A stretch of 64,000 nt of DNA from an uncultured Methanomassiliicoccales archaeon (lineage in GTDB: Archaea; Thermoplasmatota; Thermoplasmata; Methanomassiliicoccales; UBA472), in NCBI GenBank assembly GCA_963710685.1, contig CAVQBH010000009.1, positions 755,673 to 819,672 on the forward strand, in the 5' to 3' direction. Under the pieces are notes generated by a model that saw nothing but the letters and a program-made list of their open reading frames with translations, searched no databases and was not told where the DNA came from. Each line of letters opens with the position of its first letter. The first letter of the stretch is position 1. Position numbers and translations under genes: made by a program. Positions 22,301 through 31,767 of this stretch are shown here, piece after piece.

Positions 22301-24214
22301 GGCATAGAGGTCGTCGGGTCAGGTCCCTTGGCGGTCCATATCTCCGGCAACACGGTGACCGGCACGTACAGCTCGGCGCTCTCCGTGAGCGGCAGCAACG
22401 CGGTCATCGAGAACAACGTGTTCAGTCAGAACCTCGGGGATGGAATACAACTGGGCAACTGCTCAACATCGACCGGGATCGTCATCGGCAACAACACCAT
22501 AGATCATAACGCCCACTACGGGCTGTTAATCGCGGACAGCAACGCGGTGACCATCTACAACGGCGCCTTCCAGGACAACTACGCCCATGGGATATACGTG
22601 CCCACTGGCAGCCAGGTAAGGTGGGTCATAGATGCGGCATCATCGGTCAAGGACAACGACGTCGTGTTCTTCGGCAACCTCGAGATAATGGCCTCCGGCG
22701 TCCTCACACTGGACACCGTGAACACCTTCATGGTTGGTGCGGCCGATAATGGTCTCACCCAGTTGACCGTCGATTTGGGAGGCTCGCTGGTGGTACAGAA
22801 CTCCGACCTCCGTTCCGACAACGGCCAGGGACTGTTCCTAGTATACGGCGGCCTGCAGATGACCAGCTCGGCCGAGAGCGAGTGGTCCGAGATATATCTA
22901 GGGAACACGTCCACGGCATCGATAACCGCCTGCACGATCCAGAACAACTTCAGGAACGGCATCTATGTCGATGGGGCTAGCCCGACCATATCCTCAACCA
23001 CGATCGCATCGAACGGGATGGATGGGATATTCATATATGATGGGTCGAAGCCGATCGTGAAGAGCTGCGTGATCATGCAGAACGAACGCGGCGTCTATGC
23101 CACGAACGCTACCCTCGACAATGTGGTCGACAACATCTTCGCCATGAACACCGTGGCCGGTGTGTACGCCGAGGGCGTCACGGGCAAGATCCATGGCAAC
23201 ATCTTCCTGCTGGATAAGAACGAGATCTTCCTGAGCAACAGCGTGGTGTCGGTCGAGGACAACGAGATCGGATATGCCCGGATAGTCGATGACGTGGCCC
23301 AGTATTCGACCATCCTCTCCCTGCTGATGAGCTATGAGAACGAATATGCCACAAGTTCGGTGGGTTCCACCAGCCTCCTGGGCGGGTTCGACATCTCGAG
23401 CCTCATGATGCCGATGCTGCTGGACCACGTCGGGCTCTACGCAGTGAACTCGGACGTGACCGCCAGCGACAACACCTACGGCATGCTGAGCTATGCGGTA
23501 TACGCGGAGAACTCGACCCTGTCCTTCGGCGACACGGTGAAGGACAACGTGATAGTCCTGCAGTGGCTGAACAGCAACCTGGATGCGAAGAACATTACCA
23601 TACCGACCTTCGTCTACAACGGCATCTACATGATCAACTCGAAGTTGACCATGACCGGTGGCAGTATCCAGTGCAAGAACGACGCAGTGTTCCTCGACGG
23701 TTCCGGAGCTAACATATCCAAGTCAGCCCTGAACGCCTCGCGGTTCGACATCTACTCGGTGCACCAGAGCAGCGTCAATATCAGCGCCACGACCCTCGAC
23801 GGCAAGCAGAAGATCGAGGACGGCGGCCTGATGACCTGGTTGAATCAGTTCACCGTCATCGTCAAGAACGCCGACGGCGATCTGCTCTCCGGAGTGACGG
23901 TCACCATCGTTGATGGGAACGGCAAGCTGGTCGCCAGCGGCCTCACCGACGGCAACGGCCAGTTCCTGGCCGATGTGACCGGCTGGACCCAGAATGCGAA
24001 CGGCGTACAGGCCATCACCGCCCCGTACTGGGTGAACGCCACCGTGGATGGCAAGGTCATTTCGCAGACCGCCGACGGAAGCAAGAGCCAGACGATATCG
24101 GCACAGGCGCAGAGGAGCACGATCGACGCGATCATGCTGCCGCTGCTCCTGATCATCGCCCTGATCGTAGTGGTCGTGGTGATCGCGGTGGTGTTGCGGA
24201 TCCGGAAGAGCTGA
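19313..24214 (+). CDS. giant right-handed parallel beta-helix (PbH1/NosD-like) surface protein with signal peptide and C-terminal TM anchor
   Basis: 1633-aa ORF. The N-terminus reads FLLVGALLIICAFALLLSASGASAAP. Dozens of degenerate repeats of about 22-25 aa follow (..GN.I....G..V....). NosD-like segments include GNNTIDHNAHYGLLIADSNAVTI. A CarboxypepD_reg-like module (VIVKNADGDLLSGVTVTIVDGNGK) precedes a hydrophobic helix plus RIRKS. Confidence 0.8.
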   Translation: MVTYSGNFSFNQSTLGQLARRKGFLLVGALLIICAFALLLSASGASAAPTYVYHDVSTDTTWNEAGSPYIVNQTFVVANGVTLNVGANVTVKVDPGQQIIVDGSLMVNGQASQTVTFTKNNSLTMWNGITGNENSVVSMNYANVNNDTQITIHNTGVFTNSKFANSPLSAIYFQIISKNGNLTVTNCNFTSAISGINDVYGLISDSSNASNIKTFNVPISITNTYFGPGFSGTAVLINEYVASHDNALVTLNSNMVINNNRFNTGVRSAIAISHNLDPYDNSTALVNGDSTINTNRFNSGPAVGYSDIITIHNLAGPLMIHNNAGSVGGSLHILNNDLRSVQVYGINAYAQIISYGEKASTISVPITISGNNITSAGDGIMVQRQMNAYEDSIASISGTVTLDSNRIFQAVNGAYVSTLAIAASSSKASVMINSDLSFTNNVMVTITGRGLYVNDRMTSAGSKSSSFSGAVTATGNTVSADSGTMIEVDRSGFSSADNSTLSVSGGVLVMNNHATSCRNLVIINLSYLANARSSITAAGDLTVNDNRAYDSSNGGVTILFTPNSATNGTVTATVNILSSGNIFQVSNSYAMDVERTLTATGNSTIIASGTVSLLGNNIVDEQYTAILARNYVDSYGSSKGTVNGDFTVSNNTVLVNDRTAVTIAIGAYAEVKVAMTATTAAYTGNVLVADNSVTVANLSLLMSPYDGIYVNFNARGFADVAGSNQGNKWANASLGNIQVLRNSVTLNGNNAGGIEYDPDLTSYATHGGSASALAGTQLVANNHVNGAGNFLEAVKMDIDNLNAASIDGNATVLSGPITFQANAISMVGNNSKGINVYNYATNDIYAYAHSKGTVSLKIDGGLNIVSNTIVMTGNADSGVYFNNNAQSTYAKVSALNGRASMDLGLNLSNNVLTMKGTNDSGITLVNDNQGVSYRDGDVILETGVSVSGNNINLDASSGVGVQISVSLALDPLSFNGHSTINAQISIANNTVSRGQFGIEVVGSGPLAVHISGNTVTGTYSSALSVSGSNAVIENNVFSQNLGDGIQLGNCSTSTGIVIGNNTIDHNAHYGLLIADSNAVTIYNGAFQDNYAHGIYVPTGSQVRWVIDAASSVKDNDVVFFGNLEIMASGVLTLDTVNTFMVGAADNGLTQLTVDLGGSLVVQNSDLRSDNGQGLFLVYGGLQMTSSAESEWSEIYLGNTSTASITACTIQNNFRNGIYVDGASPTISSTTIASNGMDGIFIYDGSKPIVKSCVIMQNERGVYATNATLDNVVDNIFAMNTVAGVYAEGVTGKIHGNIFLLDKNEIFLSNSVVSVEDNEIGYARIVDDVAQYSTILSLLMSYENEYATSSVGSTSLLGGFDISSLMMPMLLDHVGLYAVNSDVTASDNTYGMLSYAVYAENSTLSFGDTVKDNVIVLQWLNSNLDAKNITIPTFVYNGIYMINSKLTMTGGSIQCKNDAVFLDGSGANISKSALNASRFDIYSVHQSSVNISATTLDGKQKIEDGGLMTWLNQFTVIVKNADGDLLSGVTVTIVDGNGKLVASGLTDGNGQFLADVTGWTQNANGVQAITAPYWVNATVDGKVISQTADGSKSQTISAQAQRSTIDAIMLPLLLIIALIVVVVVIAVVLRIRKS

Positions 24215-24282
24215 CGGCAAACCCTTTCCTCAACCCTTTCCCTTATTTTCCTTTCCTCCATTTACCCACCCATGCGCGCAAA

Positions 24283-25620
24283 ATGATTAAGAAGCGTACG
24301 CGCATTCCACGCCAGGTGCATCTGATGGGTTATTCTCAAAGACTTCTTGACGTTCTTCGTTCGCTCAACGCCGAGGAAGGCGATACCGTTCTGGTAAAGG
24401 ACACGGAGCGGGAGTACCGGGGCATTCTGATGCCCCATCACGAGTTCAGCGACCCGGACGTGATCGTGGTCAAGCTCAAGTCCGGATACAATGTCGGGGT
24501 CAGGACGTGCCAGGAGACGACCATCGAGGTCGTTTCCAAGGTCCAGCCGAAGGAAAGGAAACCGCATCACTTGCATCCTGCCAAGGACAAGAAGACGGTG
24601 GCGGTGCTGGGGACCGGTGGAACGATCGCCTCCTACGTCGACTACCGCACCGGCGCTGTGCATCCGGCCCTATCGGCCGATGACCTGGTCGCCTCGGTGC
24701 CAGAGATCGGCGACATATGCAACGTGCGCTCCGAGGTCATATTCTCCCTATTCAGCGAGAACATGACCGTCGGCCATTGGCAAACGCTGGCCGCCGCGGT
24801 CGCCGACCGGCTGAACGCCGGTGTCGACGGCTGCATCATCCCGCATGGGACGGACACGATGGGCTACACCTCGGCGGCGATGTCGTTCATGCTCGAGGGA
24901 TTGACCAAACCGGTCGTTCTCGTCGGGGCCCAGCGCTCCTCGGACCGGCCCTCCACCGATGCCCACACCAACCTGGTATCCGCCGCCCGCTTCATCGTGG
25001 AGGGGGACGCGGCCGGGGTCTACGTGCTCATGCACGACACCTCCTCGGACACGGCCGGGGCCGTGCATCTCGGCACCAAGGTGCGCAAGATGCACACCAG
25101 CCGCCGTGACGCCTTCCAGAGCGTGAACTGCCGCCCGGTCGCCCGGATCGGGTTCGAGGGCGGCATCGAATACCTGGCGGCCCATCAGAAACGGGCCCAG
25201 GGCAAGGTACTTCTGCGGGAAGGGATGGATGCCAACGTGGCCTTGCTGCATTTCTATCCGGGCATGTCCCCCTCGGCCTTCGAATCGGTGCTCACCTCCC
25301 ACCACGGGGTCGTGTTCGCGGGGTCCGGGCTCGGCCACGTTTCCAAGGACATGGTCAAGGCCATCGACAGGGCGATCAGGGCCGGGACCAGGGTGGTGAT
25401 GACCTCCCAGTGCCTATACGGACGGGTCAACCTGAATGTGTACGACACCGGACGGGACCTGATCTCGGCGGGGGTCATCCCGGGCGAGGACATGCTGCCG
25501 GAGACCGCCTACGTCAAGCTCATGTGGGTGCTGGGACAGACCTCGGACGAGGGCGAGGTGCGGCGTCTGATGGCGGCGAACCTCCGCGGCGAGATCACCG
25601 AAAGGAGGCAGATCGCATGA
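24283..25620 (+). CDS. gatD: Glu-tRNA(Gln) amidotransferase subunit D
   Basis: 445-aa ORF with an asparaginase-like core (GTGGTIAS, HGTDTM). It is followed by gatE with an ATGA overlap. An alternative start is ATG 24325. Confidence 0.92.
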   Translation: MIKKRTRIPRQVHLMGYSQRLLDVLRSLNAEEGDTVLVKDTEREYRGILMPHHEFSDPDVIVVKLKSGYNVGVRTCQETTIEVVSKVQPKERKPHHLHPAKDKKTVAVLGTGGTIASYVDYRTGAVHPALSADDLVASVPEIGDICNVRSEVIFSLFSENMTVGHWQTLAAAVADRLNAGVDGCIIPHGTDTMGYTSAAMSFMLEGLTKPVVLVGAQRSSDRPSTDAHTNLVSAARFIVEGDAAGVYVLMHDTSSDTAGAVHLGTKVRKMHTSRRDAFQSVNCRPVARIGFEGGIEYLAAHQKRAQGKVLLREGMDANVALLHFYPGMSPSAFESVLTSHHGVVFAGSGLGHVSKDMVKAIDRAIRAGTRVVMTSQCLYGRVNLNVYDTGRDLISAGVIPGEDMLPETAYVKLMWVLGQTSDEGEVRRLMAANLRGEITERRQIA

Positions 25621-27479
25621 GCGAGCACGAACTGACCTGCGGCATAGAGATACACCAGCAGCTCAGCACCAAGAAGCTGTTCTGCTCCTGCGAATCCGAA
25701 CTGGTGGAGGAAGAAGGGTCCACCCTGCTGCGCCGGCTGAGGCCGTCCCAGTCGGAGCTGGGGGAGATCGACCGGGCTGTGCTGGCGCAGGCCGCCAGGA
25801 AAATGAGCTTCAGGTACCAGGCACCCCCCTCCAGATGCTGTCTGGTGGAAGCGGACGAGGAACCGCCGCACGACGCGGACAGGGAGGCGGTCCAGGCTTC
25901 GCTGATCGTTTCTGCCCTGCTCAAGGCCAGGACCGTCGACGAGGTGCATTACATGAGGAAGATCGTCATCGACGGATCCAACACCTCGGGTTTCCAGAGG
26001 ACCGCGCTCATTTCGACGGACGGCGTCCTGGACGTCAACGGTAAGCAGATATCGATCCTCTCGATCTGTCTCGAGGAGGATGCGGCCCGCAAGGTCGAGA
26101 CCAAGGCCAGCGAGGTCACCTACCGTCTGGACCGTTTGGGCATTCCGCTGATCGAGATCGCCACCGGCCCGGACATGCATGACGGCGAGACGGTGAGGGA
26201 CGTGGCGCAGCGCCTCGGTTCGATCCTCCGGGCGACCAAGAAGGTGAAGCGGGGACTTGGGACCATACGGGAGGATGTCAACATCTCGATCCCGGGCGGT
26301 GCCCGGGTGGAGATCAAGGGGGTGCAGGACCTGAAGCTGCTGCCCACCTACGTGGAGAAGGAGGTGGAGAGGCAGCGCTCGCTGCTCAGGATCCGGGACA
26401 TGCTCAGGGAGAGAGGGGTGACGCAGGTGGCCGCCGAGGTGGCCGACTACACCGCCATATTCGCCTCGTCCAAATCCAAGGTCATCACCTCCGCGCTGGC
26501 CAAGAGCGGGAAGGTCCTGGGCATAAGGCTCCCTGGCTTCGTCGGGGTCATGAAGAGCGCCGACGGCAAGCTTAGATTGGGGGCGGAGATGGCCCAGCAC
26601 GCCCGCACCCGCGGCGTGATGGGCATATTCCATTCCGACGAGCTTCCCGGCTATGGCATTACCCCGGAGACGGTCAGCGACCTCCGGAACGCCATGGCAC
26701 TGGGCGATGGGGATGCGTTCGCCATCTGCGCCGACGACCCGATCAAGGCCGAGGCGGCGTTGAAGGCGGCCGCGGAACGGGCCCGAACGGCGTTGGACGG
26801 CGTTCCGGAAGAGACCCGGGACCCACAGCCGGACGGGGGCAGCGCCTTCTCCCGGCCGCTGCCGGGTGCCGGCAGGATGTATCCGGAGACCGACGTCAGG
26901 CCGATACCGATCACCGCGGAGCGCATGGCCCAGGTATGTCTGAACCTACCAGAGCTGCCGGAACAGACCATCAACCGCTTCGTCAGCACCTACGGGATAC
27001 ATAAGCAGCAAGCCGCCCAGATCGTCCGGGAAGGGTTCGAGCAGCTGTTCGAGGAGCTCTCCCTCAAGGACCAGGCAGGGGTGGCCGCGCGCACCTTCCT
27101 GAACACCTACCCAGAACTGGAAAAGGAGGGCGTGGACGTCTCTTCGATCTCGGACGATTCAATCAGGGACCTCTTTGATTCGCTCGTCAAGGGGAGATTC
27201 ACGAAGGAGGCCCTGCCTGACCTTCTGCGCCACGTGGCGAAAGGCAAGAGCGTCGCATCTTCCATCGAAGCGCTGGGCATCACCCAGGTCGACAGCGGGG
27301 AGGCGAGCCTGATCATCGCCAAGCTGGTCCAGGAACGGGAGCATTTCGTGAGGGAGAAGAAGATGGCGGCCATCGGACCTCTCATGGCCCCGGCCATGGC
27401 GGAGCTGCGTGGAAAGGTGGACGGCAAGACCATCAGCGAGCTCCTGAAAAGGGAGATCGAGAAGCTGCTCAGCACATGA
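25617..27479 (+). CDS. gatE: Glu-tRNA(Gln) amidotransferase subunit E
   Basis: The MSEHELTCGIEIHQQL start overlaps the gatD stop. Sequence is GatB/E-like throughout. The upstream extension in the ORF track (25410) lies inside gatD and is not coding. Confidence 0.93.
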   Translation: MSEHELTCGIEIHQQLSTKKLFCSCESELVEEEGSTLLRRLRPSQSELGEIDRAVLAQAARKMSFRYQAPPSRCCLVEADEEPPHDADREAVQASLIVSALLKARTVDEVHYMRKIVIDGSNTSGFQRTALISTDGVLDVNGKQISILSICLEEDAARKVETKASEVTYRLDRLGIPLIEIATGPDMHDGETVRDVAQRLGSILRATKKVKRGLGTIREDVNISIPGGARVEIKGVQDLKLLPTYVEKEVERQRSLLRIRDMLRERGVTQVAAEVADYTAIFASSKSKVITSALAKSGKVLGIRLPGFVGVMKSADGKLRLGAEMAQHARTRGVMGIFHSDELPGYGITPETVSDLRNAMALGDGDAFAICADDPIKAEAALKAAAERARTALDGVPEETRDPQPDGGSAFSRPLPGAGRMYPETDVRPIPITAERMAQVCLNLPELPEQTINRFVSTYGIHKQQAAQIVREGFEQLFEELSLKDQAGVAARTFLNTYPELEKEGVDVSSISDDSIRDLFDSLVKGRFTKEALPDLLRHVAKGKSVASSIEALGITQVDSGEASLIIAKLVQEREHFVREKKMAAIGPLMAPAMAELRGKVDGKTISELLKREIEKLLST

Positions 27480-28050
27480 TCTCCCGGGGTCTCAGCTCCA
27501 GCACCCGGAGCTCTTCGAAGAACAGATGCTGGGCCCGCAATTCCTTGACCTGGAAGGGGTCCAGCATATCCTTCAGCGGGGTCCGCTCCATATCGGACGA
27601 GACGATCACCACGATCCTCCCCTCCCGGTTCAGGTGCAGGGGTGCCTGTTCCAGGAACCTTCCCAGCGTTTCCGTCCCGGTCCTCCCGCCCGCCCAGGCC
27701 AGGTCGCTGACGTCGGTGCCTTCTCCCCGCAGATAGGGCGGGTTGAAGACGATCAGGTCGAAGCTTCCCTCCACGTTCTGGAACAGGTCCGACCTGATCA
27801 CCTCCAGCCTCAGGCCGTTAAGGCTGGCGGCCGCCTTTGCGCCGAACGCCGCCTCCTGGTTGACATCGACCGCGGTGACGATCGCCCCGGCCTTGGCCAG
27901 ATGAAGGGAGACGAGCCCGCTGCCGCAGCCCACCTCCAGCACCCGATCGCCCGGAACCACCTCCAGCGCGTCGAGCAGCAGGAACGTGTCGTCGGACGGG
28001 CAATATACGCTCTCCGGGCAGTTCACGACGATCGAGGTATCCAGTTTCAT
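27469..28050 (-). CDS. HemK/PrmC-like N5-glutamine (release-factor) methyltransferase
   Basis: SAM motif VLEVGCGSG and catalytic NPPY (VFNPPYL). ATG at 28050 was chosen as the start. The 3' end overlaps gatE convergently by 11 nt. Confidence 0.8.
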   Translation of the reverse strand: MKLDTSIVVNCPESVYCPSDDTFLLLDALEVVPGDRVLEVGCGSGLVSLHLAKAGAIVTAVDVNQEAAFGAKAAASLNGLRLEVIRSDLFQNVEGSFDLIVFNPPYLRGEGTDVSDLAWAGGRTGTETLGRFLEQAPLHLNREGRIVVIVSSDMERTPLKDMLDPFQVKELRAQHLFFEELRVLELRPREIMC

Positions 28051-28164
28051 GAGCGTCTCTCGTGACCTGATTCCCCGGTGGCGGGATAAATGATTGGCCC
28101 ACATTGACGACGTTGCCTACGAAATAATATTAAGCGCCGGAGCACTTGATGGCGTCCGAGCCCC

Positions 28165-29070
28165 ATGGACATTTACTCTATTCTAGCCATCGTCGTCATG
28201 CTGGTAGCGGTCGCCGCGGGGTTCATGAAGCGGTTCAGCTACACCAACGTCCTGGTGGTGGCCAACCTGGGGGTCTTCATGCTGACCCTGCTGGCCCCGC
28301 TGACGCCGTTCTCCGGCGGGCTGACCGCGGTCCAGACCGACCTGGGGTTCAGGGCGTCCTATTTCACGAACGACCAGAGCCATTTGTACACCATCTTCAC
28401 CAACCTGTTCGTCCACGCCTCCTTCTTCCACGTCATCGGGAACATGCTGTTCCTTTTCCTGATCGGGAACGCCTACGAGGAGAGGGTGGGCAAGAACAAG
28501 TTCGTTGCGACGTACCTCATCGCCGGCGTGGTCGGGACCCTGGTGGAGTCGGTGGTGCTGAGCGGGTCGGACAGCCTGATGATCGGCGCCTCCGGGGCCA
28601 TCGCCGGAGTCATGGGGGCAATGCTTCTGCTCTACCCCCGGGACAAGGTGCCCATGTTCCTGCTGATCATATTCCTGCCCGCCGTCTCGGTCTGGCTGGC
28701 GGTCGGTTCGTGGTTCGCCTGGCAGGTGTTCCTGGCATTCTCCACGCCGAGCGCCCTGGTGGGCGGCGGCGTCGGGTTCGGGGCCCACTTCGGCGGCTTC
28801 CTTGCCGGTATGCTGGTGGCCCACCTCTATCCGCAATCGCTGGCCCGGACGCCCCGGGCGGTGGACGTGACTGACCTTGAATCGCTGGCCACCACGAAGG
28901 AGCTCAAGGAGGCACTGGACCATATCCGGGGCGAGACCAATCCGGACATCCGGAACGCGTGGCTGAACTATTTCGCCGACCATGCGGTCTGCCCGAAGTG
29001 CGGCAAGCACCCCAGGTGGAAGGGAAACAATATTAAGTGCTCGTGTGGCTTTGAATCCTCGCTGAAATGA
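28165..29070 (+). CDS. rhomboid-family intramembrane serine protease with C-terminal zinc ribbon
   Basis: Six or more hydrophobic helices, with catalytic GASGA and FGAHFGGFLAG motifs. The C-terminus reads CPKCGKHPRWKGNNIKCSCG. Confidence 0.85.
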   Translation: MDIYSILAIVVMLVAVAAGFMKRFSYTNVLVVANLGVFMLTLLAPLTPFSGGLTAVQTDLGFRASYFTNDQSHLYTIFTNLFVHASFFHVIGNMLFLFLIGNAYEERVGKNKFVATYLIAGVVGTLVESVVLSGSDSLMIGASGAIAGVMGAMLLLYPRDKVPMFLLIIFLPAVSVWLAVGSWFAWQVFLAFSTPSALVGGGVGFGAHFGGFLAGMLVAHLYPQSLARTPRAVDVTDLESLATTKELKEALDHIRGETNPDIRNAWLNYFADHAVCPKCGKHPRWKGNNIKCSCGFESSLK

Positions 29071-29672
29071 AGGATATAGAGGTCAAGGTCCTGTGCGAAG
29101 GCCGCATCGTGAGGGAGGGGAAGGCCATCCTCGAGGCACATTCGTCCGTCACCATGGTCACCTGGCCCGAGCACATCATGATCGTCGATACCAGTGACGC
29201 GGACTATCGGCCGCGGGTGATCGATGCGCTCTCCGCCAACGAGGTCGACCCGGACCAGGTAGACATCGTGGTAAACACCCACCTTCATCCCGACCACTGT
29301 GCCAACAACGACCTGTTCGCCTATGCCATACAGATGGTCCACGAGTTGGAGGGTCCGGACCGCCGGTTCGTCTCCGTGACGAAGGACCATGAGCTGTATC
29401 CCGGGATCGCCCTGGTCCACACCCCGGGCCACACCCCCGGCACCATGAGCGTGTTCGTCGAGGCCGAACGCCGGTACGCGATCGTCGGGGACGCCATACC
29501 CACGCTCGAGAACGTGCGTCGCTGGGTGCCTCCCGGCATCGCCGATGACGGCGAGGCCGCGCTGAGGAGCATGAGGAAGATCGTTTCCTTCGCCGATGTC
29601 GTCGTTCCCGGGCACGATTCACCGTTCGCCGTCGACCGTATTAACGATAGATTTATCCAGACCGGAGCTTAA
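29067..29672 (+). CDS. MBL-fold metallo-hydrolase
   Basis: 201-aa ORF with an HxHxDH motif (THLHPDHC) and a later TPGHTPG. Its ATGA overlaps the rhomboid gene. Confidence 0.8.
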   Translation: MKDIEVKVLCEGRIVREGKAILEAHSSVTMVTWPEHIMIVDTSDADYRPRVIDALSANEVDPDQVDIVVNTHLHPDHCANNDLFAYAIQMVHELEGPDRRFVSVTKDHELYPGIALVHTPGHTPGTMSVFVEAERRYAIVGDAIPTLENVRRWVPPGIADDGEAALRSMRKIVSFADVVVPGHDSPFAVDRINDRFIQTGA

Positions 29673-30289
29673 TGGCCGGGTTGAGTGATATGAACATACC
29701 GAACGCCCTAAACCTCGAATGTCCGGATTGCGGAGAGAAGACAGTGCATGAGGTGCTGAGGGGCAAGATCAGCAAGGAAGGCGATGTACTGGAGACCACC
29801 GTCAAATGCCAGCAGTGCGGCAAGGTGTACACGACTGTGGTCAGGGAACCGAAGGCGGTGATGGTGCCGATCATCGTTTCTGAGATGGCTAGCTCCAAAC
29901 GTTACGAGGTGGAGATGGCGCAGGGGGACCTGGTCTCCTACGAGGACGAGATGTTCGTGGAGGACATGCCGGTGCTCATCACCGGACTGGAGGTCGACGG
30001 GCGCCGGGTCATGAAAGCGAAAGCCGAGGAGATATCCACTCTCTGGGCGAAGAAGTTTGATAAGGTAAGGGTTAGAATAGCGGTCAACAAGGGCAGCAAG
30101 ACGCTCTCCGTTGACATCACCGCCACGCCCGATGAGGAGTTCTTCGTCGGGGACCTGATGACCCTTGGACGCGAGGAGGTGGTCATCCATTCGATCAAGA
30201 CCTCGGACGGCGGAATGGCCAAGAGCGGCGCCGTGCGGGCCAGGGATATCGTCCGCATCTACGCCAAGAAGGCCAGGACGAACTACTGA
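29672..30289 (+). CDS. archaeal zinc-ribbon protein of unknown function (HVO_0476/COG1326-like)
   Basis: 205-aa ORF with N-terminal CPDCG..x..CQQCG. It overlaps the MBL stop by 1 nt. Confidence 0.65.
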   Translation: MAGLSDMNIPNALNLECPDCGEKTVHEVLRGKISKEGDVLETTVKCQQCGKVYTTVVREPKAVMVPIIVSEMASSKRYEVEMAQGDLVSYEDEMFVEDMPVLITGLEVDGRRVMKAKAEEISTLWAKKFDKVRVRIAVNKGSKTLSVDITATPDEEFFVGDLMTLGREEVVIHSIKTSDGGMAKSGAVRARDIVRIYAKKARTNY

Positions 30290-30296
30290 AGGTCCT

Positions 30297-30950
30297 ATGG
30301 GAACCGAGCAGGAACGAATGAGAATGGTCGCCGGGTTGGTCGGGTCCGGCTATGTGTACGGCAATAACGTGGTCGCCGCCATGGAGAAGGTGGAAAGGCA
30401 CCGGTTCCTGCCCAAGGAGATGGAGAGCGTGGCCTACATCGACTCTCCGCTCGGCATCGGGGAGGGGCAGACCATCTCCGCGCCCCACATGGTGGGCATG
30501 ATGGCCAGCGGGCTGGAGCTGCGCCCCGGCCTCAGGGTGCTGGAGATCGGCGGCGGTTCCGGGTACCACGCGGCGGTGATCGCCGAGCTGGTGCGGCCGG
30601 ACGGTCACGTCTACAGCATCGAAAGGATACGGTCGCTGGCGGACTCGGCGACCAAGAACCTGGAGTCGGCGGGATACGGCGACCTGGTGACCACGATCGT
30701 GGCGGACGGATCGAAAGGATACCCGGAGTTCGCACCGTACGACCGCATCAGCGTCGCCTGCGGCGCTCCTCAGGTTCCGCCTCCGCTTTTTGAACAGTTG
30801 AAGGAAGGGGGCAAAATGCTGATCCCGGTGGGGGGACGCACCTACCAGGAACTGTATCGGATCACCAAGGCAGGGGGCAAGATGCAGAAGCAGGACCTGG
30901 GGTCGGTGCTCTTCGTCCCACTGATCGGGGAATACGGCTTCAAGGAATGA
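30297..30950 (+). CDS. pcm: protein-L-isoaspartate O-methyltransferase
   Basis: ISAPHMVGMM and VLEIGGGSGYHAAV motifs. ATG at 30297 was chosen; the ORF-track extension to 30165 overlaps the previous gene. Confidence 0.92.
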   Translation: MGTEQERMRMVAGLVGSGYVYGNNVVAAMEKVERHRFLPKEMESVAYIDSPLGIGEGQTISAPHMVGMMASGLELRPGLRVLEIGGGSGYHAAVIAELVRPDGHVYSIERIRSLADSATKNLESAGYGDLVTTIVADGSKGYPEFAPYDRISVACGAPQVPPPLFEQLKEGGKMLIPVGGRTYQELYRITKAGGKMQKQDLGSVLFVPLIGEYGFKE

Positions 30951-30953
30951 AGC

Positions 30954-31640
30954 TCAGCCCTTCAGGCCTTTCCGCTCGCCCAGGATGTGGGGCAGAATGT
31001 CCGATAGGTCCTTGCTTCGAACGACAACGTTCGCCTGATGCGCCACATAATCGTCTATCGGGTTGAAGGCGATCTTGAGCTTGGAGGCCTCGAACATTGA
31101 GACGTCGATGAAGCTGTTACCGACGCTGCAGACGTGTTCCCGGTCCACGCCGTAGACCGACGAGAAACGCTCCACGGCCTGGCGTTTGTTTGTCAGTTCC
31201 ACCCTCAGCACGCCTTCCCCGGTCAGTTTGCCGGTCGTGTCGCAGGCGAATCCGTTGGCAACCCAGTCATCGAACCCGAACCGCTTGGCGATCCTGCTCG
31301 CGACCACGTCCAGGCCACCGCTGACGATGACCGTCTTAATGCCTTGCCATCTGAGCTCGTCCACGGTCTGCTGGATGCCCTCCACGATGGGCAGCGGCTC
31401 GAGTATGGTGCTGATGTCCGCATGGCACAGGTCGGGCCTTTTGCCGAGCCAAAGGGCGATGTCCCGGCGCATGAACTCCATGTCGTCTATCTCTCCCTTG
31501 ACGAACGCCTTGATGGACTCTTCGCTCTTTACCCCGAAATGGTCATGCACCCAGGTCCACGACGATTCATAGTCGACCAGAACGCCGTCCATATCGAATG
31601 CGACCAATCCGAAATCGTGCTTTTCGTTCGCCATGCCCAT
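30954..31640 (-). CDS. HAD-superfamily hydrolase (phosphoserine-phosphatase-like, subfamily IB)
   Basis: 228-aa ORF with the DxD nucleophile motif (VAFDMDGVLVD), VSGG and GNSFID. Confidence 0.8.
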   Translation of the reverse strand: MGMANEKHDFGLVAFDMDGVLVDYESSWTWVHDHFGVKSEESIKAFVKGEIDDMEFMRRDIALWLGKRPDLCHADISTILEPLPIVEGIQQTVDELRWQGIKTVIVSGGLDVVASRIAKRFGFDDWVANGFACDTTGKLTGEGVLRVELTNKRQAVERFSSVYGVDREHVCSVGNSFIDVSMFEASKLKIAFNPIDDYVAHQANVVVRSKDLSDILPHILGERKGLKG

Positions 31641-31767
31641 GCCGAGGCGGGAGGAGGGTATTAAAGGATTGTCACGGCCGGTCGCGGCAAAGTCCGGTAC
31701 ATCTAAATAAACAGAAAAAGTGCCCTTGAATCACTAGTTGCTACTATCGGCACTGGGATGTAATGAA

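Noticed and set aside
28146-28874. A 242-aa alternative-frame ORF overlapping the rhomboid gene on the same strand.
   Set aside because: It is Arg/Gly/Pro-rich with no motif. The overlapping frame encodes a complete rhomboid with its catalytic residues.
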